Virus record (IMG/VR): IMGVR_UViG_3300046492_000199
Strand: one strand, 5' to 3'
From: a virus
DNA length: 64,000 nucleotides
Below, one piece after another: positions 1-9,285 of this stretch (position 1 is its first letter; each line of letters starts with the position of its first letter). A program made the position numbers and the translations under genes. The notes under the pieces are model-generated. The model saw only the letters and a program-made list of their open reading frames with translations. It searched no databases and was not told the DNA's origin.

Positions 1-993
1 GCCGATAATATTCCAATCGCTGGATCACTGGCGGATTACTTCGGGGTTCAAAAGACTTTGGGCCAATTGGCCGAAGGTGAAAACGGCTGGCTCAGACTGG
101 TAACGGCTGAGAATAAAATCCATCACCACGTTAATCCTTGCGGCGCTGTAACAGGTCGTTGCACTCATGCCAATCCTAATCTTGGTCAGGTTCCTTCGAT
201 TTCTAAAAAAGAAATTGAAGACGAGGCTGGAAATAAGAAGAAGGTTATTAAGATGGGCCGCGAAGGCGGTTGGGGCTTTGAGTGCCGCTCATTGTTCCAT
301 ACCGTCTCGCCATTCACAATGATGGGTTCCGACCTAAGTGGTATCGAGCTTCGCTGCTTGGCCCACTACATGGCTGAATTTGACAACGGTGAATACGGTA
401 AGATTCTTCTTGAAGGTGATATTCACTCCGTCAATCAGCAAGCCGCTGGGTTAGAAACCCGCGAGCAAGCCAAGACTTTTATTTATGCAACCCTATATGG
501 TGCAGGCCCTGAAAAGATCGGATCGATTGTATTACCATTTGGTACGCCTGACGCTCAGACCAGAATTGGTAAAGAACTTCTAGATCGATTCCTTCGTAAC
601 ATGCCAGCGCTTAAGAAGCTGATGAAGAAACTTAAGACAGAGGCACGTCGTGGTTGGATCGAAGGCATTGATGGCCGTCGTCTCTATATCAGGGCACAAC
701 ATGCCGCGCTAAATACTTTGCTTCAGAACGCGGGCGCGATGCTGGCCAAGAAGTGGTATCTTCTGTTCGAAGAATTTATGGAAGATCGCGGGTTCGTGCA
801 TTCATGGGAACAAGATTTTGCGATGATGGCTTTCGTTCATGACGAAATTCAGGTCGCGGTACGTGAAGAGATTGCACAAATCGCGGGCGAGACTTCGGTT
901 GAGGCAGCTGCCGCATCTGGTGACTTCTTTAAATTCAAACTTCCGGTCGAGGCGCAGTTCAAAATCGGAAACAATTGGGCATTGACTCACTAA
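1..993 (+). CDS. DNA polymerase family A (T7 gp5-like), C-terminal part; 5' end outside window
   Basis: Frame open from base 1; motifs GAVTGRCTHANPNLGQVP, DLSGIELR (A), REQAKTFIYATLYGAG (B), VHDEIQ (C). Confidence 0.96.
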   Translation, partial: ADNIPIAGSLADYFGVQKTLGQLAEGENGWLRLVTAENKIHHHVNPCGAVTGRCTHANPNLGQVPSISKKEIEDEAGNKKKVIKMGREGGWGFECRSLFHTVSPFTMMGSDLSGIELRCLAHYMAEFDNGEYGKILLEGDIHSVNQQAAGLETREQAKTFIYATLYGAGPEKIGSIVLPFGTPDAQTRIGKELLDRFLRNMPALKKLMKKLKTEARRGWIEGIDGRRLYIRAQHAALNTLLQNAGAMLAKKWYLLFEEFMEDRGFVHSWEQDFAMMAFVHDEIQVAVREEIAQIAGETSVEAAAASGDFFKFKLPVEAQFKIGNNWALTH

Positions 994-1043
994 ACCATTG
1001 GTATTGTTAAGGAAATTATTATACAGTGTTTTTAATTTTTTCC

Positions 1044-1072
1044 TTGACAATCTAAAATCTTTATGGTATAGT
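1044..1072 (+). promoter_or_regulatory. sigma70-type promoter
   Basis: TTGACA-17 nt-TATAGT upstream of ORF 1113. Confidence 0.75.
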
Positions 1073-1112
1073 TCGCACATAATAACAAAAGTAAAAATTA
1101 GAAAATTGATAA

Positions 1113-1352
1113 ATGGCATTATTCACATATCTCGGCTACGGCGTCGTAGCTCTTTTTCTCCTTATTATTTATTACCTCGTCACGGTTCTGGCTATCAAGA
1201 ATGGCTTAAACCTCTACATGGATACCCTTGTTGGACAATCCATGACTGAACCAACATCTCAAGAAGAAGATGAAGACGACGTAACGATTGAACCTCTCAT
1301 GACAGATGAAGAGGCAGTCACAGTCCTCCGCAACATGCGGGGAGCAAATTAA
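1113..1352 (+). CDS. small membrane protein, hypothetical
   Basis: N-terminal hydrophobic helix, acidic C-terminus; TAATG coupling to next gene. Confidence 0.7.
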   Translation: MALFTYLGYGVVALFLLIIYYLVTVLAIKNGLNLYMDTLVGQSMTEPTSQEEDEDDVTIEPLMTDEEAVTVLRNMRGAN

Positions 1353-1945
1353 TGAAATCATTAGTATTTGATACCGAAACAACTGGCTTGGTCAGTTGGG
1401 GCGCACCTCCGTCTGACCCCCGTCATTGTAAACTGGTTCAGCTTGGTTGCATTCTGTTCGACTCCAATCACAACGAAATCGCTACACTCAAAACGATTGT
1501 TATTCCGTCTGTTCCTATTGGCGAAAAGGCTGAAGAAACTCACGGCATTAGCCTAGAGATGGCTCAAGAATATGGCGTCTCAAGCCAATCCGCGTTAGAG
1601 ATTTTCTGTGACTTCGTTGATATAGCAGATGTGATCGTGGCACACAATATGTCTTTCGATTCCCTCGTAATGCGCCACATGGCACACGAACTTAAAATGC
1701 AGGGCGACATTTTCGAAGGCAAAGAACTTCGCTGCACCAAGGAAGCCACGACAAGCATTCTCAGACTTCCAAAAGTTAAAGGCGGTAAGGGTTATAAGTG
1801 GCCCACGCTTCAGGAATGCATGACCTATTTCTTTAAAGAAAATATCGACGGGGCGCACGATGCCATGGTTGACGTTAGGGCATGTGCCAGAGTTTACCAA
1901 AACCTAGTAGATAATTTTGAACCGAGAGAATTAAAATGGCAGTAA
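1352..1945 (+). CDS. DEDDh 3'-5' exonuclease (DnaQ-like)
   Basis: ExoI VFDTETTG, ExoII VAHNMSFD, ExoIII AHDAMVD. Confidence 0.93.
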   Translation: MKSLVFDTETTGLVSWGAPPSDPRHCKLVQLGCILFDSNHNEIATLKTIVIPSVPIGEKAEETHGISLEMAQEYGVSSQSALEIFCDFVDIADVIVAHNMSFDSLVMRHMAHELKMQGDIFEGKELRCTKEATTSILRLPKVKGGKGYKWPTLQECMTYFFKENIDGAHDAMVDVRACARVYQNLVDNFEPRELKWQ

Positions 1946-3027
1946 CAGGTTCCAAAATTTTAGATTTCGATAAAATCTTTAATAACTACATGGCTCATGA
2001 GAGCAAACAAAAGAAGTGGATGTACGACCGTAAACTTTCTATGGGCGCGTCTGAGGCATTTGATTGTCTCAGAAAGGCATACTTCAAGAAGAAGGATTAC
2101 GAACAAGACGCGGATTATTCTCAGTCTTGGGGCGCGATGGAACGCGGAAATCTTATCGAAGATTTCTATGTCGTACCTGCACTCGAACTTGGTCTTCCTG
2201 AAGGTATCGATCTAATCGGTGCGGGTCAGCAGGATCAAACCACCTTCTTGGACGAAGAGAATCGCTTATCTGCAACGCCAGACGGCTTGCTCGCAAATCT
2301 AGAACGTGACGCGCTCAGCCTTTATGGCATTGATGATATCGAAAGTGATTGTATCACGGTCGAAGTCAAGTCAATCGATCCTCGCGTCTCCCTCACGGAA
2401 GAAAAAGCGATTCACCGTGGACAGGTTAATATCCAGATCGGTCTAATCCGCGATCAAACTGATTTCAAGCCCCGCTACGGCGTCATTCTTTACGTTGATG
2501 CTTCCTTCCTCGACAACATCACACCTTTCGTAATTCGCTTCGATGAAAAGACTTACGAAGCGGCTAAGGTCAGGTCAAAGAAAGTGTTTGCGGCTAAAGA
2601 ACCTTCCGATCTACCGGCTGAAGGTAAGATCACAGGGGCATGTAAACTTTGCCCATGGGCCAAGCAATGTAACGGTCTCAATCTGGCTGCTGTGCCACAA
2701 GAATCATTCGATAAAACAGCGCTTGAAAAAGATCGCGTTATCATGGGCAAGCTAGTCGAGGCGGAACAAGAAGCCAAGGAACGCAAGAAACTTGCGGAAA
2801 TGGACGAAGAACGAATCCGCGTCGAAATGAAAGAATTCCTGAAGAAGCTCGGCACAAGAAATCTAAAAGCAACCGATGGTTCATGGGGCGTTACTTATTC
2901 TACGCAGAAGGGCCGTACCGGTCTAGATAAAGAAAAAATGATTGAGGATGGAATTGATCTAACGCTCTATGAAAAAGAGGGCGAAGGGTTTGAAGTTCTC
3001 CGTGTCACGACAAAGAAAGTTAAGTAA
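1936..3027 (+). CDS. Cas4/RecB-like PD-(D/E)xK exonuclease with probable Fe-S cluster
   Basis: ATPDG, VEVKS, QVNIQ motifs; N-terminal Cys (FDCLRK) plus CKLCPWAKQC. Confidence 0.85.
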   Translation: MAVTGSKILDFDKIFNNYMAHESKQKKWMYDRKLSMGASEAFDCLRKAYFKKKDYEQDADYSQSWGAMERGNLIEDFYVVPALELGLPEGIDLIGAGQQDQTTFLDEENRLSATPDGLLANLERDALSLYGIDDIESDCITVEVKSIDPRVSLTEEKAIHRGQVNIQIGLIRDQTDFKPRYGVILYVDASFLDNITPFVIRFDEKTYEAAKVRSKKVFAAKEPSDLPAEGKITGACKLCPWAKQCNGLNLAAVPQESFDKTALEKDRVIMGKLVEAEQEAKERKKLAEMDEERIRVEMKEFLKKLGTRNLKATDGSWGVTYSTQKGRTGLDKEKMIEDGIDLTLYEKEGEGFEVLRVTTKKVK

Positions 3028-3260
3028 TGGTAAAGCTAAACGACGACAAAGTAGTAGAACTTATGGAAGAACTGGCTAACGCGATCATTGAGTGTATCAC
3101 TGATCGTGCCACGGCGGCAGAGGCGCGAGGCTCATCAGAAGAAGATTTTAACGCCGCAGTATATGCCACCGTCACCGCTCTAGTTGCTGGTTTTGAAGAT
3201 GGTATGGACCCTGCAACACTTGATGCGGTCAAGGCACTACTAAGTCAGGACAAGATTTAA
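3027..3260 (+). CDS. hypothetical protein
   Basis: 77 aa, TAATG-coupled, same strand as neighbours. Confidence 0.7.
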   Translation: MVKLNDDKVVELMEELANAIIECITDRATAAEARGSSEEDFNAAVYATVTALVAGFEDGMDPATLDAVKALLSQDKI

Positions 3261-3358
3261 ACTCCAATCGTCTCTAGGAGATTTAAAAAAATAAAAGACT
3301 GTAGAGACATAAACATCGAAACGTTAAACAAGAAACTAAGAAACGAGAAAATTATAAC

Positions 3359-4150
3359 ATGGCAAATGAACTTACAACCCGTAACAACAATGCAGTCGCT
3401 AACGCTGGTGCAGCCTCTGGCAACCCGTTCCTAAGCGCTGCGTCCTCACTCGGTGGCGGTAATGATGGCCTCACTTTCGCTGGTTTCAGCGGCAAGACCG
3501 GCGATTATACCTACGGTGCTGAAAAGGACGAACTTGATGACGGTTGGGAAGGCGCTGTAAATATGAATTCTGCTAAGCAGGGCCATATTTGCTGGAAGGA
3601 TTCTGAAGTCGTTGGCGAAGATATGACTCGCATCCTCGACGGTAATCCGACGCCAAAGGGTCAGCTTGAGGATCACGGTCCTTACGATGATGACGATGAT
3701 GGTTGGCAGCAGCAGATCAGCTTCGAAGTCGCTGTACTTGAAGGCGGTGGTGATGCTGAAGGTGAAAAGCTCCTCCTGAAGAATAGCTCAAAGTCTGGTA
3801 TTCGCGCCTTTGGTAATCTCCTAGCGGCTTACGGTAAGGCGATTCAGAAGGGTCAGAACATTGAGAATGGCGAAGAACTTCTTCCCATCGTAAAGTTCGA
3901 GGCCACTGAATTCACGCCGAAGGGTGCGAAGAAGAAGGAAAAGGCATACGCTCCGAAGTTCACTATCGTTGGCTGGATCAGCGAAACAGAGCTTGAAGAG
4001 AAGTATGGTGGCGAGAATGACGCTTCTAACTATGACGAAGATGAAGGCGATTCATCCGAGGCAGATGAAGAAGTAGTCAAGGAAGAAAAGGTAGTAGAAA
4101 AGAAGGCCGAAGAAGCCGCTGCTACCGGTGGTCGTCGCCGTCGTTTCTAA
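3359..4150 (+). CDS. putative single-stranded DNA-binding/annealing protein
   Basis: Between nuclease and helicase; long acidic C-terminal tail; function inferred from context. Confidence 0.6.
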   Translation: MANELTTRNNNAVANAGAASGNPFLSAASSLGGGNDGLTFAGFSGKTGDYTYGAEKDELDDGWEGAVNMNSAKQGHICWKDSEVVGEDMTRILDGNPTPKGQLEDHGPYDDDDDGWQQQISFEVAVLEGGGDAEGEKLLLKNSSKSGIRAFGNLLAAYGKAIQKGQNIENGEELLPIVKFEATEFTPKGAKKKEKAYAPKFTIVGWISETELEEKYGGENDASNYDEDEGDSSEADEEVVKEEKVVEKKAEEAAATGGRRRRF

Positions 4151-4252
4151 GATTTAAAAGCTTAGAAATCTAGTCGAAGATTTGAAACGGTCATCCAACC
4201 TTAAGTGAGTTGGGACGCTAACGGCAACCCTTTCAAGGTGTTTCAAATCTTC
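4144..4252. other. structured intergenic element (stacked hairpins)
   Basis: IR TTTCTAAG/CTTAGAAA (4144-4168); perfect 13-bp IR 4176-4188/4240-4252 enclosing CCAAC/GTTGG. Confidence 0.55.
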
Positions 4253-4258
4253 TGAAAA

Positions 4259-4288
4259 TAAAAGGGCTATTCTGAGCCCTTTTATTTA
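4259..4288 (+). terminator. intrinsic terminator
   Basis: AAAGGGCT-attctg-AGCCCTTT followed by T-rich tract. Confidence 0.7.
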
Positions 4289-4309
4289 TGACTTAAGAAG
4301 GAGATTGCT

Positions 4310-5644
4310 ATGTCAATTACCCTAACTGACCACCAAAATGCCGCAGTCAAAAAAGTAGTGGCATGGTTTAAAAAAGCCCAAACTGAAGAAGAGCCAAAGC
4401 CTTGCTATCTAGGCGGTTATGCCGGTTCAGGTAAAACAGCAATTCTCCCTTTTATTGTTGAAGCTTGCGGCCTGACCACGACCGAAGTCTTTGTTGTCAC
4501 CCCTACGGGGAAGGCTGCTCGGGTGGCGGGCAAAAAACTGCGTGACGCTGGTGTAGATATTATCCCTAGCACGATTCATTCCGCGATCTATAGACCCAAA
4601 GCTCTAAAGGCTGAAGTGCTCGAATATAAAATCGCTGATCTTGGTAAAGCACTTAGTTCAGCTGCTGAATTCAGCGCGCCAGATGTTTTCTTTGAAGGCA
4701 AGAAGTACAATCTAAAAGATGCTCAGCGCACCCTCAAACTTTTAAACGAAGATTTGGACAAGGCTTACATTTCGACCGATGGGCCGACTTGGCACCTCAA
4801 TACTGAAGGATCGATTCGCGAAGCTTCACTCATCATTGTGGACGAAGCGTCTATGGTTGGTGAGATGATTCGCGATGATTTAAAATCTTTTGGTATTCCA
4901 ATTCTAGCAATTGGTGATCCGGGACAGCTTCAGCCCGTTAAAGATAATCCCGGATTTTGCATCGGCACTCCTGATGTATTCCTGACTGAGATTCACAGGC
5001 AGGCCAAAGATAATCCGATCATCGCATTAGCCACACATATCAGAGAAGGTGGTGAACTGGAAGTTGGAACGTGGGGCGAGACTGTTGATATTGTTCGTAA
5101 GAGAGATGACGAAGACACACTAGATATGGACAAAGAAGTCCAAGTGCTTTGTGGTACAAATGCCACACGTTGGAAACTTACGAAGAAAATTCGCAAAGCA
5201 GCTGGTTATGATCTCGTTGGTCCAATGGCTGGCGAACCACTCATCGTTCGTAAAAATTCAAGAGTCGCTAAAGAACTTGTCAATGGCATGTTCCTAACAA
5301 ATAATAAAGATTACGAATTGGTTGAGGGCCGTGCCACATTCTATATGAATGCCACGGATGAAGATGGTGTCGTTAGAAACATCACAGTTTGTCAAGCTCT
5401 GTTCGAAGAACATTACGGAAGGCAAGCCGGATATTTCACTGGCGACAAGAAGGAAGTGTTTGAGGCGAAGAAAAAACAGCATCACGTCGATTGGGGCCAT
5501 TGCATCACGACTCATCTAAGTCAGGGATCGCAATGGAGCCATGTCGTGGTGCATGACGAAGGTTATGTTTTCAGGGATGATATTGACAAGTGGCGATATA
5601 CAGCTGTGACAAGAGCCGCAGATAAATTAACAGTGGTAATTTAA
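4310..5644 (+). CDS. SF1B helicase (RecD/Dda-like)
   Basis: GYAGSGKT, IIVDEASMV, GDPGQLQPV, LTEIHRQ, ITTHLSQGSQW, YTAVTRA. Confidence 0.95.
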   Translation: MSITLTDHQNAAVKKVVAWFKKAQTEEEPKPCYLGGYAGSGKTAILPFIVEACGLTTTEVFVVTPTGKAARVAGKKLRDAGVDIIPSTIHSAIYRPKALKAEVLEYKIADLGKALSSAAEFSAPDVFFEGKKYNLKDAQRTLKLLNEDLDKAYISTDGPTWHLNTEGSIREASLIIVDEASMVGEMIRDDLKSFGIPILAIGDPGQLQPVKDNPGFCIGTPDVFLTEIHRQAKDNPIIALATHIREGGELEVGTWGETVDIVRKRDDEDTLDMDKEVQVLCGTNATRWKLTKKIRKAAGYDLVGPMAGEPLIVRKNSRVAKELVNGMFLTNNKDYELVEGRATFYMNATDEDGVVRNITVCQALFEEHYGRQAGYFTGDKKEVFEAKKKQHHVDWGHCITTHLSQGSQWSHVVVHDEGYVFRDDIDKWRYTAVTRAADKLTVVI

Positions 5645-6234
5645 TGGCAGAGAAGAAATTTAAATTCATTGATAAACGCATCGTTGGTTTTTGCGGTTAT
5701 AAACGCTCAGGAAAAGGGACATGCGCCGAAGCTTTGGCAGACCTAGGTTATGTCGATGTTCCTTTCGCTGGCGGATTGAAGTCAATGCTCACGGCGTGGC
5801 TCGAATATAATGGCGTCGAAAATACTGATCTCTATACCGATGACTGGTACAAGGATCACAGGAGTAGATATTTCAATAATAAAGAATTCCGCTTCGCGAT
5901 GCAAACTCTTGGCACGGAGTGGGGCAGAAATATTATGGGGAAAAACTTCTGGATCAGTGGTTGGGAACGGAAAATGGCTGACCTAGACCTAGTTGCGGTG
6001 AGTGATGTTCGCTTCCCCGATGAAGTAGACGCTGTCAGAGAAAGAGATGGCATTATGATCAGAGTTAGACGCCCGAAATTCTACAACACCGACAACCATG
6101 AATCAGAAAAACTTATGGAATCTTTAAAATGTGATTACGAAGTCGTCAATGTCGAAATTGAAGACACGCAGCAGCAGGTTAGAGAAATTGTAGAGAACCA
6201 TTTTAAAGGTAAAGGAAATTTTATTCGTGACTAA
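5644..6234 (+). CDS. deoxynucleoside monophosphate kinase
   Basis: P-loop GYKRSGKGT, MQTLGTEWGR, VSDVRFPDE. Confidence 0.9.
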   Translation: MAEKKFKFIDKRIVGFCGYKRSGKGTCAEALADLGYVDVPFAGGLKSMLTAWLEYNGVENTDLYTDDWYKDHRSRYFNNKEFRFAMQTLGTEWGRNIMGKNFWISGWERKMADLDLVAVSDVRFPDEVDAVRERDGIMIRVRRPKFYNTDNHESEKLMESLKCDYEVVNVEIEDTQQQVREIVENHFKGKGNFIRD

Positions 6235-7084
6235 GTTTATTACAGCGCCAACGGTTCACGTCGTGGCTGAAACCAAAATCAATCCCGAAGGGATACGGGC
6301 TTGGGCCGGGGAACACAACCTGACCGAAGTTCTACATGATGGCGGAACTCCGCTCGGCGTGCTGTGGCACGATCTTTACCATGACGAAAACGACGTTTCT
6401 CTTGACGCCCTTCCTGAATTTGCTGGTCGGCATTGTTATCGCTCGTTTTCAAAAGGCAGAGCGAGAGATAAGTATATTGAAAACATTATCGAGATGGAAC
6501 ACGGTTCAGTTCTTGAGCACGCCAACATTTCGTTTGCCATCTCTGGCGTCTCACGTTCCTTGACCCACGAATTGATTCGTCACAGGGCCGGGGCAGCGCC
6601 TAGCCAAGAGAGCCAGCGTTACGTAGATGCTCAAGACGTTAACTTCGTTGTCCCGCCCCTGATCCAGAGCCTAGATAGTCGAGCCGTAAATTCTGTGGGT
6701 AAGATTTTCGCAAACACTTGTCTTGATTCTCTGCAAAGATATAAAGATTTGATTTCCTTTATGGAGTCATTGACTACCTCTGGCGAAGGTTCTGAACTAG
6801 GCGTAAAACTCGCTACGATGCGCAAGAAGCGCATTCTAGAAGCGGCCCGTTCAGTTCTGCCTAATGCGGCTGAGACGCGCCTAACATGGACCATGAACAT
6901 GAGAGCGGCACGTCACGTCTGCGCCCTACGTGGCGGTGAAGGTGCCGATCTGGAAATTCGAGTGTTGGCAGTCGAAATGCTTAAACATCTTCAGGAACGC
7001 GCTCCGATCATTTTCAGCGACTTCGAAATCTATACCGCTGATGACGGGTTTAAAGCAATTAAGTGTGATAAGCCAAAGGTATGA
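6227..7084 (+). CDS. thyX: FAD-dependent thymidylate synthase
   Basis: HGSVLEH, SRSLTHELIRHR...SQESQRY, LPNAAET. Confidence 0.95.
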   Translation: MTKFITAPTVHVVAETKINPEGIRAWAGEHNLTEVLHDGGTPLGVLWHDLYHDENDVSLDALPEFAGRHCYRSFSKGRARDKYIENIIEMEHGSVLEHANISFAISGVSRSLTHELIRHRAGAAPSQESQRYVDAQDVNFVVPPLIQSLDSRAVNSVGKIFANTCLDSLQRYKDLISFMESLTTSGEGSELGVKLATMRKKRILEAARSVLPNAAETRLTWTMNMRAARHVCALRGGEGADLEIRVLAVEMLKHLQERAPIIFSDFEIYTADDGFKAIKCDKPKV

Positions 7085-7311
7085 TTGAAGAATTCGATGA
7101 AGACTTTGCAGATGGCCTTTGTTATATCGGCGGGGAAGATTTTGAAGGGTCATATTTGGACTGGCTGCAAAGAAACAGAATCTTTCAACTACAACGACGC
7201 GGTGATGACTTTATTCTTATCGAAGCTTGCGACGATTACTTCGCCGTAGATATTAGCAAAGATCAACTTAAAAATATAATAAAAGAACTACAGGAACTTT
7301 TAGATGCTTAA
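7081..7311 (+). CDS. hypothetical protein
   Basis: ATGA overlap with thyX. Confidence 0.7.
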   Translation: MIEEFDEDFADGLCYIGGEDFEGSYLDWLQRNRIFQLQRRGDDFILIEACDDYFAVDISKDQLKNIIKELQELLDA

Positions 7312-7510
7312 TTTAAAAGACATGGTTTCGGATGGCAAGAAAGTCCGATTCAAATACTACAGAGCCGGTAATCTTTGGTACGAAACGGAAAGTGAATTTC
7401 TCTTCCCCGTACCGATTGGCGACACAGGCGATGCCACTTTCCTTGACGAAGATAAAGCTATCCTCTTCATGCGTTATATCAGAAAACAAATCAAACTATT
7501 AGAAAGTTAA
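7304..7510 (+). CDS. hypothetical protein
   Basis: 68 aa, tightly packed in operon. Confidence 0.7.
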   Translation: MLNLKDMVSDGKKVRFKYYRAGNLWYETESEFLFPVPIGDTGDATFLDEDKAILFMRYIRKQIKLLES

Positions 7511-7513
7511 AAC

Positions 7514-7750
7514 ATGTACGGCAATATTAAAGTTACAAACGGTGAAAATGGTACAGTCATTACCGAAACTTCGTTTGAATTCGAGAATGACGAAGAGCGC
7601 GCCGGTCCTGTCAGTAACGCAGGATTTTACACCTATGTCGTGGACTGGCTTTTCAGGACTGGCCACATTCAGGACTACGTTCAAGAGGCTGGCGACGAAC
7701 TGAGGGCGTTTGAGGCTCAAGAAAATGCGGCGCAGGAAGTAGATGAATAA
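7514..7750 (+). CDS. hypothetical protein
   Basis: 78 aa, tightly packed in operon. Confidence 0.7.
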   Translation: MYGNIKVTNGENGTVITETSFEFENDEERAGPVSNAGFYTYVVDWLFRTGHIQDYVQEAGDELRAFEAQENAAQEVDE

Positions 7751-7922
7751 TTACGGAACAAAAATGGTTGATGGTGTGGAGGAATTAACCTCCTTCATCA
7801 CCACGACTGACAAAGAAATTATCAGCGTTAACAGTCATGGTACTGGATTTATTATTGTTTTCAAACAAAGCGATCCTGAACTTGAAGACTGGATCAGAAA
7901 CATTCGCGTAGAACCAATTTAA
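7743..7922 (+). CDS. hypothetical protein (59 aa, not in ORF track)
   Basis: MNNYGTKMVDGVEELTSF...IRVEPI* fills the gap between two genes. Confidence 0.6.
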   Translation: MNNYGTKMVDGVEELTSFITTTDKEIISVNSHGTGFIIVFKQSDPELEDWIRNIRVEPI

Positions 7923-7938
7923 TTTTTTAAGGAATCTA

Positions 7939-8457
7939 ATGACTTACGTTGCAATCACTACGGCAGACCTCCTCGTGCTTCAGGACGAGATTTTTGAAAT
8001 TAATAAAGCTAATGGCTTTTGGGATATGGGTGTCGAGAACCGCTCATTTGCTCAGCACATCTCGCTCGTGCATTCCGAAGTTTCCGAAGCGGTCGAGGCG
8101 GATCGTAAAGACCTAGACGATGACAAGCTACCGGAATACAAAGGTGTTCCCGTTGAACTGGCTGATACAGCGATTCGCATCCTAGATTGGACCGGGGCTA
8201 ACAAGCAGGGCTATACCGTTGACACTAAGGGCATTCCTTATGACGGTGAATACAGTGACTTCTCAGAATTCGCGGCTGAGCTTCACCTCCTGATTTCCAG
8301 CTGGTACGTCACAGATAACGCGGCATGGGGCTTCATCGCTCTGGACGAAATCGTTAAGTACGCAAACGATAATCAATTCCCGTTCATGGAAATCGTTCTC
8401 AAGAAACTACAAAAGAATCGCGAACGCGGGTATAAGCATGGCGGAAAGAATTACTAA
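7939..8457 (+). CDS. MazG-like NTP pyrophosphohydrolase
   Basis: LVHSEVSEAVEA...ELADTAIRILD. Confidence 0.85.
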   Translation: MTYVAITTADLLVLQDEIFEINKANGFWDMGVENRSFAQHISLVHSEVSEAVEADRKDLDDDKLPEYKGVPVELADTAIRILDWTGANKQGYTVDTKGIPYDGEYSDFSEFAAELHLLISSWYVTDNAAWGFIALDEIVKYANDNQFPFMEIVLKKLQKNRERGYKHGGKNY

Positions 8458-8478
8458 TTAATTCAATTAGTTATACAG

Positions 8479-8508
8479 AAATTGCCCGCCACGTGGCGGG
8501 TAATTTTT
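8479..8508 (+). terminator. intrinsic terminator
   Basis: AAATTGCCCGCC-acgt-GGCGGGTAATTT then TT. Confidence 0.75.
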
Positions 8509-8520
8509 ATGGAGAAAGAT

Positions 8521-8796
8521 ATGGCAGAAGAAAAATTTTATATGAAGCCTAAAGACATTGTCGAGCTTTTTAAAAAGTTCGAGATGGAAAAGAAGGACAC
8601 AAAAAATCCTAAGAAGAATAAGCCGACTGGCAGAAAGCGCCCAAAGAATCATGACGGGCTTCCGCTGATGGAACGTTGCCAAGCTATTTTAGGACGCCGT
8701 ATGAAAGAGCGCAAGGGCGTTGGATATATGCTAGATGGTGTACACGTTTCGTGTGAACGACTATTGCGCGAAGCTGGCCTCTTTCTTCTGGACTAA
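8521..8796 (+). CDS. hypothetical basic protein
   Basis: ATG 8521 after GGAGA RBS; track start 8482 lies inside the terminator. Confidence 0.65.
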   Translation: MAEEKFYMKPKDIVELFKKFEMEKKDTKNPKKNKPTGRKRPKNHDGLPLMERCQAILGRRMKERKGVGYMLDGVHVSCERLLREAGLFLLD

Positions 8797-8808
8797 GATA
8801 ATTTTAAC

Positions 8809-8837
8809 TTGACTTTTTAGAAGTTTTGTGTTAAGAT
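8809..8837 (+). promoter_or_regulatory. sigma70-type promoter of nrd operon
   Basis: TTGACT-17 nt-TAAGAT. Confidence 0.7.
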
Positions 8838-8895
8838 TTTAATCTTTCAATAATGAAAAATGGACGTTTTAAGTAGGCCAATAAGGAGGTGGCAG

Positions 8896-9285
8896 GTGTA
8901 TAATATTGTCTTTTATTCCTCCGAAACTGGTAACACTCTTTCATTCATTAAGAAATTAGGTATGGAAGAAAACGCATTCCAGATCAAGACTAGAATGCCA
9001 AATTTAGTAGAAATTTCAAGTCCTTACATTTTATTTATCCCGACCTATGCAGCAAATGACGGACGAGGGGCTATCCCAAAATCAATAGTAAAATTTCTAA
9101 ATAATCAAAATAACAGAACACACCTCAAAGGTATTGTGGCTTCCGGTAATAAAAACTTCGGGAGCAATTTTTGTCTCGCGGGCGATCTGATCTCGAATAA
9201 ATGTGATGTGCCAGTCTTATACAGGTATGAGCTACGCGGCACGCAACACGACGTAACAAATGTAATGGATATTTTCAATGCTTGA
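8896..9285 (+). CDS. nrdI: class Ib RNR flavodoxin NrdI
   Basis: [26 protein letters not shown]; GTG after AAGGAGG. Confidence 0.93.
   Translation: MYNIVFYSSETGNTLSFIKKLGMEENAFQIKTRMPNLVEISSPYILFIPTYAANDGRGAIPKSIVKFLNNQNNRTHLKGIVASGNKNFGSNFCLAGDLISNKCDVPVLYRYELRGTQHDVTNVMDIFNA

Noticed and set aside
1936-3027. CRISPR-Cas system suggested by the Cas4-like gene
   Set aside because: No repeat-spacer array or other cas genes are seen; the context is replication and recombination
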